Counted from the first letter of the stretch, positions 1 to 13,692 are shown. The stretch: DNA of 64,000 nt from the human T2T-CHM13v2.0 reference genome, Homo sapiens (GCF_009914755.1 NC_060934.1); one strand, 5' to 3'. A program made the numbers and translations. Notes: generated by a model from the letters alone, not told the origin.

Positions 1-996
1 TTTTTTCCAATTGCCATCTCTATATTTTAACTATGTCAACATGATATATAGGCAACCCTTCCTACTTGGAATAACAATATTGTTTTTTCTAAAAAATAAC
101 AATAAAATATTTTTCAGATTTGTATTTACTTGCTGGAAAACTTTGAAAAACACAAGGCTTGTGACCAATTGTGCTGCAGGAGAATTGTAAAATGAAGCAA
201 TGACTAGAAGAAAACAGAGAAGAGCCTGACCCATGACAATTGTGAAAATGGCAACATTTGCTCCTGGCCTTTGCTTCTCAGGAGTACTCTAGCCCTTCTC
301 ATTGTCACAGGCTCAGTGACCTCATGGTCTTCATTCTGGCTCTAGGAGCAGAGAATCTGAAACTCATTTCCATCATGGTATAAGTGACTGATAAGGACTC
401 CTGCTTGAAATATGAAAGAGAAAATCTATAATGAGCACAGAATATCAGGAATAGTAGGGAGGGATGCATTTTGGAGGGTGGGGACTATCTCAGTGCCCAT
501 AACATCCTTTCAGGACAGCACCAGTCATGTTCTACCTATAGAAATACATGCCTATATGAAATGGTTAGTGTACCACACTGAGCCTATAAAGAGCACTTAA
601 TATGTGCTACTAAAGAAAAAAAAGGGAAAGAAAGGGGGCCTGAGACAAGATATTCTAGAATTATGCTACATCTCTTCTATGGAGTATAATCCTATTATTT
701 TTAAAATTATAACTCAACATAAAAACAAAATTCACAGGGTGATGGAGATGTGAAGCTTTGGGAGATGAAGTATCAAACAATTATTATGAACCCTTAGTAT
801 TCAATCTTATATCTGTTGAGTCCCACCTGAGGATTTAGCCATGGACAGAGACTCTCCTAGGGACCAGTAACCATGTTGTGTAAGTTAAACTGTTCATTGC
901 TATCCATCTGACATTTAGTCCTACATTAATAACAATTATTGGTAACAATAATGATGATGATGATAGCTATCATTTACACAAAACAATCTTAAGAGC

Positions 997-1580
997 TGTG
1001 ATGGTTAATTTCATGTTTCAACCTGAAACACGAAGGAAGATACAGACTAAGGAAGACACAGATAGCTGGTAACACACTATTTCAGGGGCTTTCTGTGAGG
1101 GTGTTTGTGGAAGAGGCTACCATTTGAATGAGTAGACCTAGTAAGGAATATTGGCCTCCACAACTTGAGTAGACATCATCCAATCTGTTGATGGTCCAAG
1201 TAGAACAGAATATGGAGGAACAGTGAATTTGTGCTCTTTGCTTGAGTTGGGACGTTCGTTTTCTCCTGACCTTGGACATTGGCTTTTGTGGTTCTCTAAC
1301 CTTCAGACTCAGAGCAGGACTTACATCATCAGCCCCCAAAGTTCTCAAACCTTTGGGTTTGGACCAGGACTTCATCGGCTCCTCTGGTTCTCAGTGCTTC
1401 AGGTTTTGATTGAAACTATACCCTCAGTTTTCCTCCAAGCTTTTACTCTAATGTGCAGACAGCAGACTGTGAGATTTCTCAGCCTCTATAATTACATAAG
1501 GCAATCCCTCATAATAAATCTCTTTCTGTATGTTTATAATATATCCTACAGGTTCTGCCTCTCTGTAGAACCCTAATACA
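997..1580 (+). mobile_element. MLT2B-like ERVL solo LTR
   Basis: Starts TGTGATGGTTAATTT, ends GAACCCTAATACA; internal gtgagggtgttt...catcatccaatctgttga...ctcagcctctataatt and AATAAA match recalled MLT2 consensus. Confidence 0.9.
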
Positions 1581-1738
1581 AAAACAAATTACCATAGTTT
1601 TGATTTAATGTCTTCTAGTTTCTATCATTAATGAGAGAGATGAATTGTAGATGGTCTTAAACTTTTTAGGTCTCAATTCTATGCACTTATTTATTTAACA
1701 AATATTACTGAGCATCTACTCAGGGTAAACCTTTGTTA

Positions 1739-2379
1739 TGTAAACAGAATAGGTTCATTGCCAGAAGCACACAGCAAGTCACTATGCTGAGACACTGGGT
1801 TGCAGCAGAGAAAGAGGTTTCATTGTAAGGTCACCAAATGAGGAGATGGCAGGGAACCTCAAATCCATCTCTCTAAGGAATTTAGTGTTAGGGCTTTTAA
1901 GGGTTTTGGAGTGGGTTGAAGAGTGATCATTGATTGGTTGACGAGTGCAGGGTGAAGTCAAGAAACAGGGAGATGAATCAGCTGTATTCTCATGCTGATC
2001 CCATTCATCTGTGGGGGTCTGTGGGAGTTGCTGGAATTTGAGTCTGAAAAACATCTAAAGCAATGATTAAACAGAAGCCTTATGATTCCAATGTCAGAGT
2101 CCTATCTATAAGAAAACCGGGGATGCAAATGGTCAGAATCATTCCATGCAAGGAAATGGTAAGTTCAAGATGGTGGTTATCTCTGGGGAGGGAAGGAAGA
2201 GACTTGACACTGGACAAAGGTAGCAAAGGGGGATGGCAGTTCTGTAGTGATTTTTACAGATTGAATTTTAGCCACAAAGAAGTGGGACAAAGTGCAAACC
2301 AGATTAATGCTTAATTATAACTATATTTCTGCCCAGAATCTGGCATGTAATTCTTGTTAGTCCTGTGGGGATAGTTTCA
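1739..2379 (-). mobile_element. ERV1/MER4-group solo LTR (LTR45-like)
   Basis: Minus strand TGAAACTATCCCCACAGG...AACCTATTCTGTTTACA; 4-bp TSD gtta/gtca typical of ERV1. Confidence 0.8.
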
Positions 2380-3059
2380 GTCAGGTGCTGTGGAAAATGC
2401 CATACCAAAAGGAAAAAATACACAATCTTCTCTCACCACAAAAATATAACATACTAGGATACATATACATCCTACTTGTATATGTAAAATATATAATTTA
2501 TATTTATTATTTTTTATATTATATATAAAAATAATTTAAATGCTATAAGACAAGTGTATCAAAAATGCTAAGATACTCAAGAGGGAGAGGCATTATTGGT
2601 TGGAGTGTGCAGGGGAGAAAAAGAGGAACAGGGAGAAGGTTTCTTGTAAAGGGAGGTTTGGGGTGGGGCTGGAGGGATGGTAAGGCACTACAAAGTAAGA
2701 AAGTTGTCTAACAAAGAATAGAGAAAAAAGAGACATTTTTGTCCAACAGTGGCAATTCCTACTTGGCTGCATTGCAGGTTATATGCATCAGGAATAGAGG
2801 GAGTAAATTCAGGGAGATAAATTGGGACAGAGCACTGAAAATTTTGAATCTCCAGATAATGAGATTAAACCTTATTTACAAGGTACTAGCAAGTTACAGA
2901 ATCTCTTTAAGCAGATGTTTGGCATGATGTGAGCTGCACTTTGGGAGAATTACTCTGGCATCATGGGTAAGATGATTTGGACAGGAAAGAGTGCAAGAGC
3001 AGCTTCAGTCTTCAGGCCACAGTAGCATAATAGCTCAGGTGAAAAAAAATCATGGGCCT

Positions 3060-3381
<322 letters not shown>

Positions 3382-3532
3382 AAAAAAAACATGGGTCTGA
3401 ACAAGGGGATTAATAATAACGGATAGAAGTGAATACATTTTTTTAAATGAAGAACTGATGAGGAGGTTGGGAGGCAGCTGGGAGGGTATCAGTTGTGGCT
3501 TACTTTTTGAATCCCCCCAAATTCCCATAGAC

Positions 3533-3737
3533 CAGGGTTTCTCAACCTCACCACTATTGACATTTAGACTGGATAAGTTTTAGTTGTGAAGGACTGTCCT
3601 GTGCATGTTTAATAGCATCCCTGGTCTTTGTCCACTAGATGCTAGTATTACCTCTCCTCCAGTGTGAAAGCCAAAACTGCCACTGATATTGGTTAATTCC
3701 TTTGGGGGACAAAGTTATCCCCAGTGGAGAATCACTG
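3533..3737 (+). mobile_element. MER20 (hAT-Charlie MITE)
   Basis: TIRs cagggtttctcaacc ... ggagaatcactg; internal ctgtcctgtgcat, gcatccctgg, ccactagatgc. Confidence 0.9.
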
Positions 3738-4399
3738 CCCTATATAAAACCAATAGAGCCACTATGATAAAAAATTCAAAAAAATCCATAGACAGTATCT
3801 ATTCATATCTGCTATCTATCTATCTATCTCTATATATAACTAAATGTTAAGCTATTTCCAAAGACTCCAAAATATAAGGGATTAGAAAAAAGCCCTGAGA
3901 GCCATCAGACATGAGCAGTATCAGCATCTCTGTAGAAGGAAGTAAAAGAAAGACAATGTGGGTTGTGAGGATTCTGATACCAGAATATTCCATATTTCTT
4001 ATAGATATACACTGGAAAACGACTGAACTGGGTAAGAGTCTTGCAGGCTCTGAATCATGGGTGAGAGCAAGGGGACCATGTTTGATAGGATCTAATGGTG
4101 CTGGAATAATCTGGGCCCTCTAAGCCATTGATGATAACAAGCCAACCTTCCCTTCCAGGAGAAATTGTTAGCATGAGCTTCACATTGAGAAGAACAGGGA
4201 CAAAAAGAGCAGGAAAAAAATAAAAAAGAAAAAAAGAAAACTCCAGATGAAAAGGGATTAGGGAATAGAAGAGAGAGATTCCACAAAATGCAAGCCTATG
4301 TATATTTAAGTTACTTTAAGGTAAGAAACAGAAGAGGGAGTCCTAGAGTCATGAGTCTAGAAAAGTTACTTCGCCCTTTCCTCCCTCCTAAAAGTACAC

Positions 4400-5790
4400 A
4401 AAAACTCATTTACTTAAGCATGAGCAAAGCAAAAAGTATGCAGTCTCAGAAGAATGAGAAGCAGAATGAATTCCCTATGACCTGGGAGGCACAAAGAATG
4501 ACATGCCCTCAAAAACAGATGAAGACTGAAGCCCGGTATTTCAAAATGAGCTAAAATAAACCAAGCTAATGGTAGAAGCTGTGACAAGAAATCACAAATA
4601 GAATAACTCAGAAATGAGATGATTAAGGAAGATTTAAAATTAGAGTTACATAAGTTGAGAAAAAACTAGAAATAAATAAAATCATTTCACTAAAGAAGTT
4701 GAGCCAAGAGGAACACAAAAGCAAATAAACAGAATAGTGCAATGAGAGAAACAGAACATAGAAAGGAAGAAAAAAAATTTTAATCAAAATGATGTAAATA
4801 AAGCGTTAAAAAAATAAAGCACCTGAGAGAAAATGATGGTTTAGAAATTTCAACGTATGTCTAATACAGGGGTTCCTAACCCAGGGTCCATGGATGTCAG
4901 GGTTTATGGGTAAAATTTAGGTGGTGCAATGAACTTGGTTAAGAAATATATTATGTATATATTTTTACTGACCTCTGGCTGAAATTTAACGTTTTTCTTT
5001 AATTATCAACATATGCACCAAACCACAGTAGTACTGACAGTATCTACGATTTTATCACCAAAAATGATCACAAAAGTCAAAATGCCAAATTACAGTTTGG
5101 AAAAACAGCTCCAAATACCATTTATGCTCATCACTTTTTTCAATTTGTAGTTGTTAACTATATTTAGATCTCATTAATTAAGAACTATATCTCATTACTT
5201 AATAGTTAATAAAGAGTTAATAACTGCAACATAATTTTAAATTATTTTGACAACTGTATTTCAATATAATTAGTTTCCTTTGAAATGCTGTATGTTCTCC
5301 TTTATACATCTAAAAATATTATTCTGTGAAACACTCCATTGTTTTTGCCAGACTGCTGCTTCCATGATACAACAAATTTGGTAACTACTGTTATATAAAA
5401 GGAATCTCTGAAGAGAAATTATAATTTGAAAACTTTCCTAAAATAAAAACAATTAGAAATTATGTATTAAGAGGACTTGAAATTTGACCCATAATGGCCA
5501 ACACCATCCTTTAAAATAAATATCTTTAGGCTATCCCACCAAAAAGATAAGTAGAAAGAAAGTTAGATTGTCATCAGAATTTTTAACAGACATACTTTTA
5601 GGGCCAAAAATATTATAGTAATATATTTAAGATACTCACAAGAAGAAAATGTCAGCCAAGAATCTTATGTTCAGCCAAACTGACCTTTAAGTACAAAAAG
5701 CCTATGGTCAATTGATGTCAACATGCAAAAACACAGAGAACATTGTTCTCATGTGCTCTTCTTAAGGAGTCTACCAAACCACAAAGAAAT
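4400..5790 (+). mobile_element. HAL1-like (half-L1, ORF1-only) remnant split by a Charlie element
   Basis: A-rich L1 ORF1-like sequence; 5640-5775 (gccaagaatcttatgttcagccaaactgacctttaagtac...aacatgcaaaaacacagagaacattgttctcatg) resembles the HAL1 3' part. Confidence 0.6.
4867..5390 (+). mobile_element. hAT-Charlie non-autonomous element (Charlie4a-like)
   Basis: Starts caggggttcctaacccagggtccatgg, ends gtaactactg; internal aactgtatttcaatataattagtttcctttg. Confidence 0.75.
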
Positions 5791-6616
5791 AAGAATGGAT
5801 TTAAGAGCAAGTGTTCAAAACTTTTATGGCACTTTGACATTGCCATGACATCCAAGTACATGAATCATTTCTCAAGTAATTTGTTTTCATTGTATTTTAC
5901 TAAAGTATTGTTCCATGAAAGATTATTATAAAGTTTTAAAAAATCCCTGTACTAAAATATGAGCTTCAGACAACCAAATTTACTGAAAGCATGGGTAAAG
6001 AACATTAAATATCAATATACTTGTACAATCAAGACCAAAAATACACTATAAATGAGGCAGTCTAGTATGTAATGTCTACATGCTCTGACAATGCAGATAA
6101 TATGACTATGTTTTAAATGAGGGAATGAGGAATAAGGAAATTACATGAAAGTTGGCTTCTAGTTTTGCCCACTGAAAAGGCCTAGAAACAGTGATCAAGT
6201 TATTAATAATAAGCATATGTGGCATGCAGCTTGTAGTCTTTAAATGCTATTTCCTACTCCTCGGATGTGGATGGTTGCAAGCTTAGGCAGAAATGTGTAT
6301 GATGAGCCTACAATGCACCAGAGAGCAAGGAAGCTATCAAAGGTTGTTTGACTAAGTTTGTGTCAAAAAGAGTCAGCAGCTGAGTTGAAGAGGCTCACAG
6401 TGGCCAAAGATGGGATAATTATTCCAGAGAATGTATTCTAATGAATTCAAACACATCAGATAAGATTAATTCCTTGAGTTCACGGATATATAAGCATACA
6501 AAACACAATTATTGGTCAATTTTGAAGCCTGCTAGGAAACAAATTTATTATTTTTTAAACAATAAATAAAGATAATTAAGCTACCCTCTCATTTTTATAT
6601 GACCTGTATCTTAGAG

Positions 6617-7150
6617 CAGGGGTCCCAAATGTCCAGGCCACAGAGTGTTACTTACCAGTCCATGACTGGTTAGGAACCAGGCTGCACAGCAGGAAGTAAG
6701 TGGCAGGCAAGCAAGCAAATCTTCATCGGTATCTACAGCCCCCCTCCATCTCTTGCATTACCACCTGAGCTCTGCCTCCTGTCAGATCAGCTGCAGCAAC
6801 TGATTCTCATAGGAGTGCAAACATTATTGTGAACTATGCATGCGAGGAATCTAGATGGTACACTCCTTATGAGAATCTAATTCCTGATGATTTGTCACTG
6901 TCTCCAGTCACCCCCCAGATAAGACTATCTCATTGCAGGAAAACAAGCTCAGGGCTCCCACTAATTCCACAGATAATGATGAGGTCTACAATTATTTCCT
7001 TATATATTACCATGTAATAATAGTAGAAATAAAGTACACAATAAATGCAATGTGCTTTAATCATCCCAAAGCCATCCCCACCTTCCCAGTCTGCAGAAAA
7101 ATTGTCTTCCACGAAACCGGTCCCTGGTGCCAAAAAGTTGGGAATTGCTG
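6617..7150 (+). mobile_element. MER1A (hAT-Charlie), full length
   Basis: caggggtccc ... gttgggaattgctg termini; perfect 8-bp TSD TCTTAGAG at 6609-6616 and 7151-7158. Confidence 0.95.
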
Positions 7151-7606
7151 TCTTAGAGTAGCTGGATAGTTGATAAAGTAAAACTTCTCTTTACTGAAAT
7201 ACTCCAGATAACAAATGTACTAAGAATGAAATGAGATAATTAAAATATCACCATTTTATAACCTCTAGTATGTTGCTGAATCTGGCCAATGATCATCAGT
7301 GGCTGTTAACATCACAAAAAGTGGGACAATCAGACACTATGTGTTTGTTCTCTGGTGGAGGTATATAAGAACATCTGTGAGGTATTCTTGCCAAATAAGC
7401 TGGTCAAATCTCTATATAACTACCATTTTACAAGAAATATAGATTACAGAGGAGGATATTCAATGATACCAAGGGGATGCATTCAGTAAAATACAGATTG
7501 AGGTAAACTCTGTCTAATAAATTGTCCAGTTTCTTCAACAATAACTAAAAGGACCAAAAAAGATGAAAGAGATTAAGAGAAACTTTGACTTTAAAAAGAT
7601 ATAAGG

Positions 7607-7965
<359 letters not shown>

Positions 7966-8051
7966 CTAGATATGATATTAAGTCATCATTGTGTATTTTG
8001 GGTAGTTTATATCATGGTTTATTTTGAAGAATCTTAGTCTTATAGAGATAT

Positions 8052-8549
8052 TGTATTCGTTGAAATTTCTCTGGAGAAACAGAGTTAAGAGGACATACAT
8101 AGAGACAGCAAGAGATTTATTATAAGGTATTGACTCACTCAGTTATTGAGGCTGAGCAGCCCCATAATCTTCCTTCTGCAAGCTGGAGACACAGGTAATC
8201 TAGGGCTATAGTTCAAAGGACTGAGAGCCAGAGAGCTGATAGTGTAGATTCAGCCCAAATCTAAAGGTCTGAGAACCAAGAGCACTGAGGGCAGGAGAAG
8301 ATCTATGTCCCAGTTCAAACGGTCAGGCAGAGAGCAAATTGACTCTATTTTTTTTTTTTGGCTCTATTCAATCCCTCAGGTGATTGAATGATACCCAGCC
8401 ACATGGGGAGGGAAATTTGCTTTACTCAGTCTACACCAATGCTAATTTCCTCTGGAAACACTGTAACAGATACATCCAGAAATAATGTTCAACCACCTTT
8501 CTGGGCATCCCAAGGCCAGTCAAGTTGACCCATAAAATTAACCATTGCA
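8052..8549 (-). mobile_element. MLT2C/D-like ERVL solo LTR
   Basis: Plus strand ends cagtcaagttgacccataaaattaaccattgca (reverse of the MLT2 start); gagatttattataagg and ttctgcaagctggagac motifs. Confidence 0.85.
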
Positions 8550-9176
8550 CATACTTAAGTATTTGCAAATAAATATTGTGATATCAGAGATTTTCTTCAA
8601 AATATTTCAGGGTGTGGGTGGCAAAAATATGGAAGAAAGGAAAAAAGACTTGAGGTAATAATTGTTGAAGCTGGGCTATAGATACATGGAAGTTCATTTT
8701 ACTATTTTCTCTTATTTTGTATATCTTTGAAATGTTCCCTGATAGGAAGCTTAAAACATGCTGTGATGGTACTGGTAGGCTCAGCTAAATTACTAGCTAG
8801 TATTTGATGCTACAAACTTTATAATTATTTTAGTCTCAGAAAATATTAAGGATATATAGTGTAGGTATGAGATGAAGAGGAAAGGGACAATAATTATTTA
8901 AAGTTTTCCAGACTGGATTATTAGGGGAAAAGTGATTGAGAATAAAATTGAACATGAAAGAAAAATAAAAATTTAGAAAAGGACCTATCTTGTGGGAGTG
9001 AGATGATTTGAGCTTTGGGTACATTAAATTTGAAAGCTATGGCCACTAGACAATGAGAAAAACACATCTGAAGTGTGTTTGAAAGGTCAGCACTAGAAAG
9101 GTAGCTTGGAGACTTAACTATTCAGACAGCAGAAGCCTCTGGTGCATATGACTCCACTGATAAAGAGATTGTAATA

Positions 9177-9541
9177 TACTATAGTTTGAATGTGTTCCCC
9201 TAAAAGCATATGTTAGAAACTAAATTCCCAGTGCAATAGTGTTGAAAGATAAAGCCTAATGGGAGGTGTTTAGGTCATGAGGGCTCCACCCTCATGAAAG
9301 GATTAATGCCAATTATAAGAGGGCTTGAGGCTGCAAGTCCCATCTTTTGCTCTTTCTCTTGCATGCTGTCTTGCCCTTCTGCTTTCCACTATGGGATGAC
9401 ACAGCAAGAAGGTCCTCATCAGATGCAGTCCTTGACCTGGGACTTCCCGGCCTCTAGAACTGTAAGAAATAAATCTCTGTTTTTTAAAAATAAATTACCC
9501 AGTCTCCAGTATTCTGTTAAAGCACAAAACAGACTAGGACA
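9177..9541 (+). mobile_element. MST-family (MSTC/D-like) MaLR solo LTR, inserted in L2
   Basis: tactatagtttgaatgtg ... gggctccaccctcatg ... taaattacccagtctc ... agactaggaca; 5-bp TSD taata/taatg. Confidence 0.9.
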
Positions 9542-10420
9542 TAATGAAAGTAGGGAAGGCTGGTAAGATCAGCAACTTCAGGAGTCTCTATGTGCAGAGG
9601 GTGAAGAATAGACAAGGAGGAAGACAAAGACACCAAAACCCAGGAGATGGATGAGATTCACAATGAAGGGTGTATCAAGAATGTCACAGTTATAGAATGA
9701 TAAAATAGAATACCAAAGGAGAGAACACCATTGGACTTGGTGATGAGGAAGTTACGAAGGATTTCTGAGAAAGCAACTGAGCAGTCGAAGGAGATGTTAT
9801 ACTGTAAGGAATTCCACTGGAGATCATGATAATGAAAGTGATGAAGTAAACTCCCTCAAAAAGTTTAGTATGGACAGCAAAGGAGGTATAGGAAAGCAAC
9901 AAAAATTCCTGCAAAACTAAGAATGGGGAAGACCAGAGCACATTTCATAGACAGTGGAGGAAGCCCTGTGTAGAGTCTAACAATAGAATTCTCCCTTCTA
10001 ACAATAGAAGGGAGACAAAATGATGAGGGTGATAGGGAGAAGACCTGAGATGAGAGATCTTTAAAATATCTTCCCACTGTCATATGTCATTCAGTCCCTG
10101 AAAACTTTTTTGGCCACTTGCCCTGGGTAATTGAGGCATTTACAACTTCTAGGGCAAGAAGCATTGAAAAAGAGGTCCTGTGTTGTTTGGAGTGACTAGA
10201 ATGGGTGGAAATGAATTAATGGATGAAGTTACAGCAGGCCCCAGTCCTCCTTGCTTAGACTGTCCCATTTTCAGAAGGGCTTTCCCTGTGATTGCTGCCA
10301 TATATTATGAGTGTTAAATCAGCCTGAATGATGGTTTACGTATATGTGTTTATGAACAGTGGTCCTCCTGCAATTGACATCATAGAAAAGAAACTGTCTT
10401 AGCTTTTAAATAGGTTAGTT

Positions 10421-10688
10421 CAAACAATGCATGTTCTCACTCATAGGTGGGAATTGAAAAATGAGAACACATGGACACAGGAAGGGGAACATCACACACC
10501 GGGGACTGTTGTAGGGTGGGGGGTGGGGGGAGGGATAGCATTAGGAGATATACCTAATGCCAAATGACGAGTTAATGGGTGCAGAACACCAACATGGCGC
10601 ATATATACATATGTAACAAACCTGCATGTTGTGCACTTGTACCCTAAAACTTAAAGTATAATAATACAAATAAATTAATTAATTAAAA
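10421..10688 (+). mobile_element. 5'-truncated young L1PA (L1PA3/4-like) 3' UTR
   Basis: gttctcactcataggtgggaattga...ggggactgttgt...aaaacttaaagtataataat; perfect 13-bp TSD AAATAGGTTAGTT at 10408-10420 and 10689-10701. Confidence 0.95.
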
Positions 10689-10934
10689 AAATAGGTTAGT
10701 TAGGTTCAGGAAAGAAGGTAGCAATTCTAAGAGCTCTTGAAAGACTCATATTCACACACCATTGAATCCTACTCCTGAAGAAAGAAACACGACTCTTCTA
10801 TGATGCTATGAGGTTCACAATTATTTTTCTCTGAGATGTTAAGGGATATCTAAACACATAATGTGTATTTCATGTTCTTAGACGTTGTGTTTCAGGCACT
10901 GCTACTTTGAATATTCAACTATTTTAAATCAAGA

Positions 10935-11043
10935 TTTTTTTTTTTTTTTTTTTTTTGAGACGGAGTTTTGCTCTTGTTGCCCAGGCTGGAGTGCAAAGGC
11001 ATGATCTCGGCTCACTGCAACCCCCACCTCCCGGGTTCAAGTG
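10935..11043 (-). mobile_element. 5'-truncated AluS (3' end of right arm only)
   Basis: T-run plus gagacggagttttgctcttgttgcccagg...ccgggttcaagtg; TSD ttaaatcaagattt on both sides. Confidence 0.9.
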
Positions 11044-12239
11044 TTAAATCAAGATTTTAAAAGGCCTTGGGATAACTAGGGAGCATCATCCTTAAGCAAA
11101 AGGACCTTGAGACAAAAAGTAATAATCATCATCATCTCCCATTAGCATAACACTTTTGATTTTTTCAAAACCTTTTTTATGTCTATTATTTTACTCGATC
11201 TTCACAACAACCACATGAGGCTGTTCACTTTAAGAAATGAACTTGAAAGCAGCGAACATTTAAAATGCTTGCAAAAAATGTAGTAAAATCGCAAAGACAA
11301 TTCCCAGAGCATCTATACCATAGCTCTAACTTAAACTGTATTTACTGCAAATTGTATTGACTTGAAAGAGATGGTGGCTTGTAAATATAGTTTCTCTGTC
11401 CTGAACCACATTCAAACTGCAGTTGTTATGAATACAAAAGAGTTTTCTGAGTACATAACTGTAGTTTTGCTGCATTAAGGCAAAAGGCTGGCATTTGGAC
11501 TAGAAAACAGCCTGTAACTATGTCTGTTCTGCGTGGCAGGCATCTCAGGGCCTGCCAGCAATAGGGATGGATTTACATATATTGACTCTATCCAACATAT
11601 GAGTAACGATCAATTTTCTTGATCTATTCTATTCTGTCAATCTGTGCTTTTGCTAGCAAATGAGGAGACATTGCTGTCAGCCAGAAATAGAGTTTCCTGG
11701 GCTTATGTGAGCTTTTAAGATCTCTTTTCTACTTAATTAAAAGATACATACGGTGGTTGACAGAGAGCAGCAGGCTAGTCAAAGTAACAAAATTTGCCAC
11801 GTATACATGAGTTCCTGGAAGAAAAATCATGAAAGATGGCTAAATAAATGTAAAGGCAGACTTTCATTTCTGAGGATAGTATATTGTGATGTCAATTTTA
11901 TTAACAGAAAAATAAATACAAAGGGACAAATGCAATTTGTCTGTCAGGAGTAGCCAGTAAAGGCATCTTTTTTCAGGAGTCGGAAATTACTCTTCCAGGT
12001 AACGATATGTAAACTGCTGGACAACATGGAGAGAAAATGCTTTTCTTTTTGATCTCCCACATTAATGTACCATGTCATATTAATTCATTTGCTTTGGGCT
12101 TAGGTAATCTCTGCCCCAAAACTGTATGGAAATTTTAATTAGGATGATGGAATAATAGACACAAAGCAGGTGAGAAACATTCCTGCTAGAAAGTCTAGGA
12201 AAAGCTTGACACATGTTGAGTTTCTTCTGGTTCCCTTCA

Positions 12240-12417
12240 CCTCAAATGTGGCTGGTGATGCCAGAGAACGCATCAGGCGCCCAGGCACAATCTAAATCCG
12301 TTTCGGGGAGAGTTTTACAGTGGGTTAGTAATTGAATGTTTCTGCTGGGGGTGCAGTCGCACAACATTCTAGTTTCTACTTCTCTTTCAAGTGTTTTGCA
12401 AGCGTGGAGATTCTGAT
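12240..12417 (-). ncRNA. Candidate exon (possibly terminal) of putative minus-strand transcript
   Basis: Acceptor atcctacttgtacag|ATC; six CpGs in about 180 bp; 3' boundary uncertain (GAG|gtgaag near 12241, or terminal). Confidence 0.3.
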
Positions 12418-13061
12418 CTGTACAAGTAGGATGTGGTTATCTACACATTTACTGGCTCTAATTAATTACTGGACTGGATTGGGTTTGGCTTCTGTTTGTT
12501 TCCTTAGATGCTTCGAATGGCATTATCAAGTACCTCTGGAAGTGTCTACAATCCACCAGGGGACTGATTTTAGGAATTTCATACATTAGGGAGGAAGAAT
12601 GGTTGATGTTCTATGCTAGAGTGACGTGAACCAGGCCATGGATTAGAAGCCAAAAATCTTGGTTCTCGGCCTGGCTCCTCTATTGAGTTCTATAATCATG
12701 AGAAAATAATTTCCCTTTTGGACCTCAGAGTTCTATTTGTAGAATGGAGATGTTTTAGTAGGTGCATGATTTTCCAGCTGAATTTGCAGTGTCCTCAGCA
12801 ACTATCACTGGGATAAGGTGGATGGGATGCTGAAGATCCTTGCTTTTGTGACAACCTTAGCAGCTGTTCGGGGTCATTTTGCAGAATGTGCTTCCAATAA
12901 GATTTTGTACAAACCAAAGCTAAAAATGTTTTAAAACCATAGCACTAAAGGATCTCCAGTGTTTCCTTTATCTTCAACAATCTATGACCAACATTAGTTC
13001 GTGTAAGCCTCTCATCCATTGGGTTTATAGTTAAAAATTATGTTTTCTAAATCCTAGGAAT

Positions 13062-13226
13062 GTTTTCGTTTTTTGAGTTTTGTTTTTGTTTCTGTTTTTG
13101 TTTTTATTTTTAGTGACGGGGTCTTGCTGTGTTGCCCAGTCTGGCTTTGAACTCCTGGGCTAAAGTGATCCTCCACCTCAGGCTCCCCAGTAGCTGGGAC
13201 TACAAGCATGAGCCACTGCACCCAGA
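13062..13226 (-). mobile_element. FLAM (free left Alu monomer)
   Basis: Monomeric Alu with (TTTTG)n tail; approximate TSD tcc(t)aggaat. Confidence 0.85.
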
Positions 13227-13594
13227 TCCAGGAATAGATTTAAGCTGAGTCACCTCTTATTCTCGAATGGCTCTTCCTCATTTGTCATGTCTGACAACAA
13301 TAGCCTCCATTTGGCTAGCTCATAGATGTAGTGTCTGGCAGATAGGATGAATGCAATAAATAGGTATCAAATGACTATCTGGTTCCTATAAGATTTATAC
13401 TCCTAGATTTTAACCAAAGGAACTTATAAGAATGACTAAAAAGTGAAAGGGCAGGCATTCGGCCTAGGGGGTGCCTAAGAAAGACATAAAAATAAAATTA
13501 AGGTGTCTGATCCCTAAGATTCAAGAGGTTGACACAAATTCTACATTTATTCCCTAATCCATCTCATTTGGTTTGGAAATGAAAAGAGACATAC

Positions 13595-13692
13595 GGTGCT
13601 CTTTGAAAAAGCTGCATCTCTTTTTTGATCTCCGCCTCCACTACCACCGCCTTGACACATGGTGCTAGATTCAGACGCTGAGCCCTTGCCCT
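13595..13692 (-). ncRNA. Candidate 98-nt internal exon
   Basis: Acceptor tttttatcctactatctccag|AG, donor ACC|gtatgt; GC/CpG richer than flanks; two stop-free frames. Confidence 0.45.

Noticed and set aside
311-377. Plus-strand exon candidate (cacag|GCT ... ATG|gtataa)
   Set aside because: Weak donor and no supporting chain of plus-strand exons.
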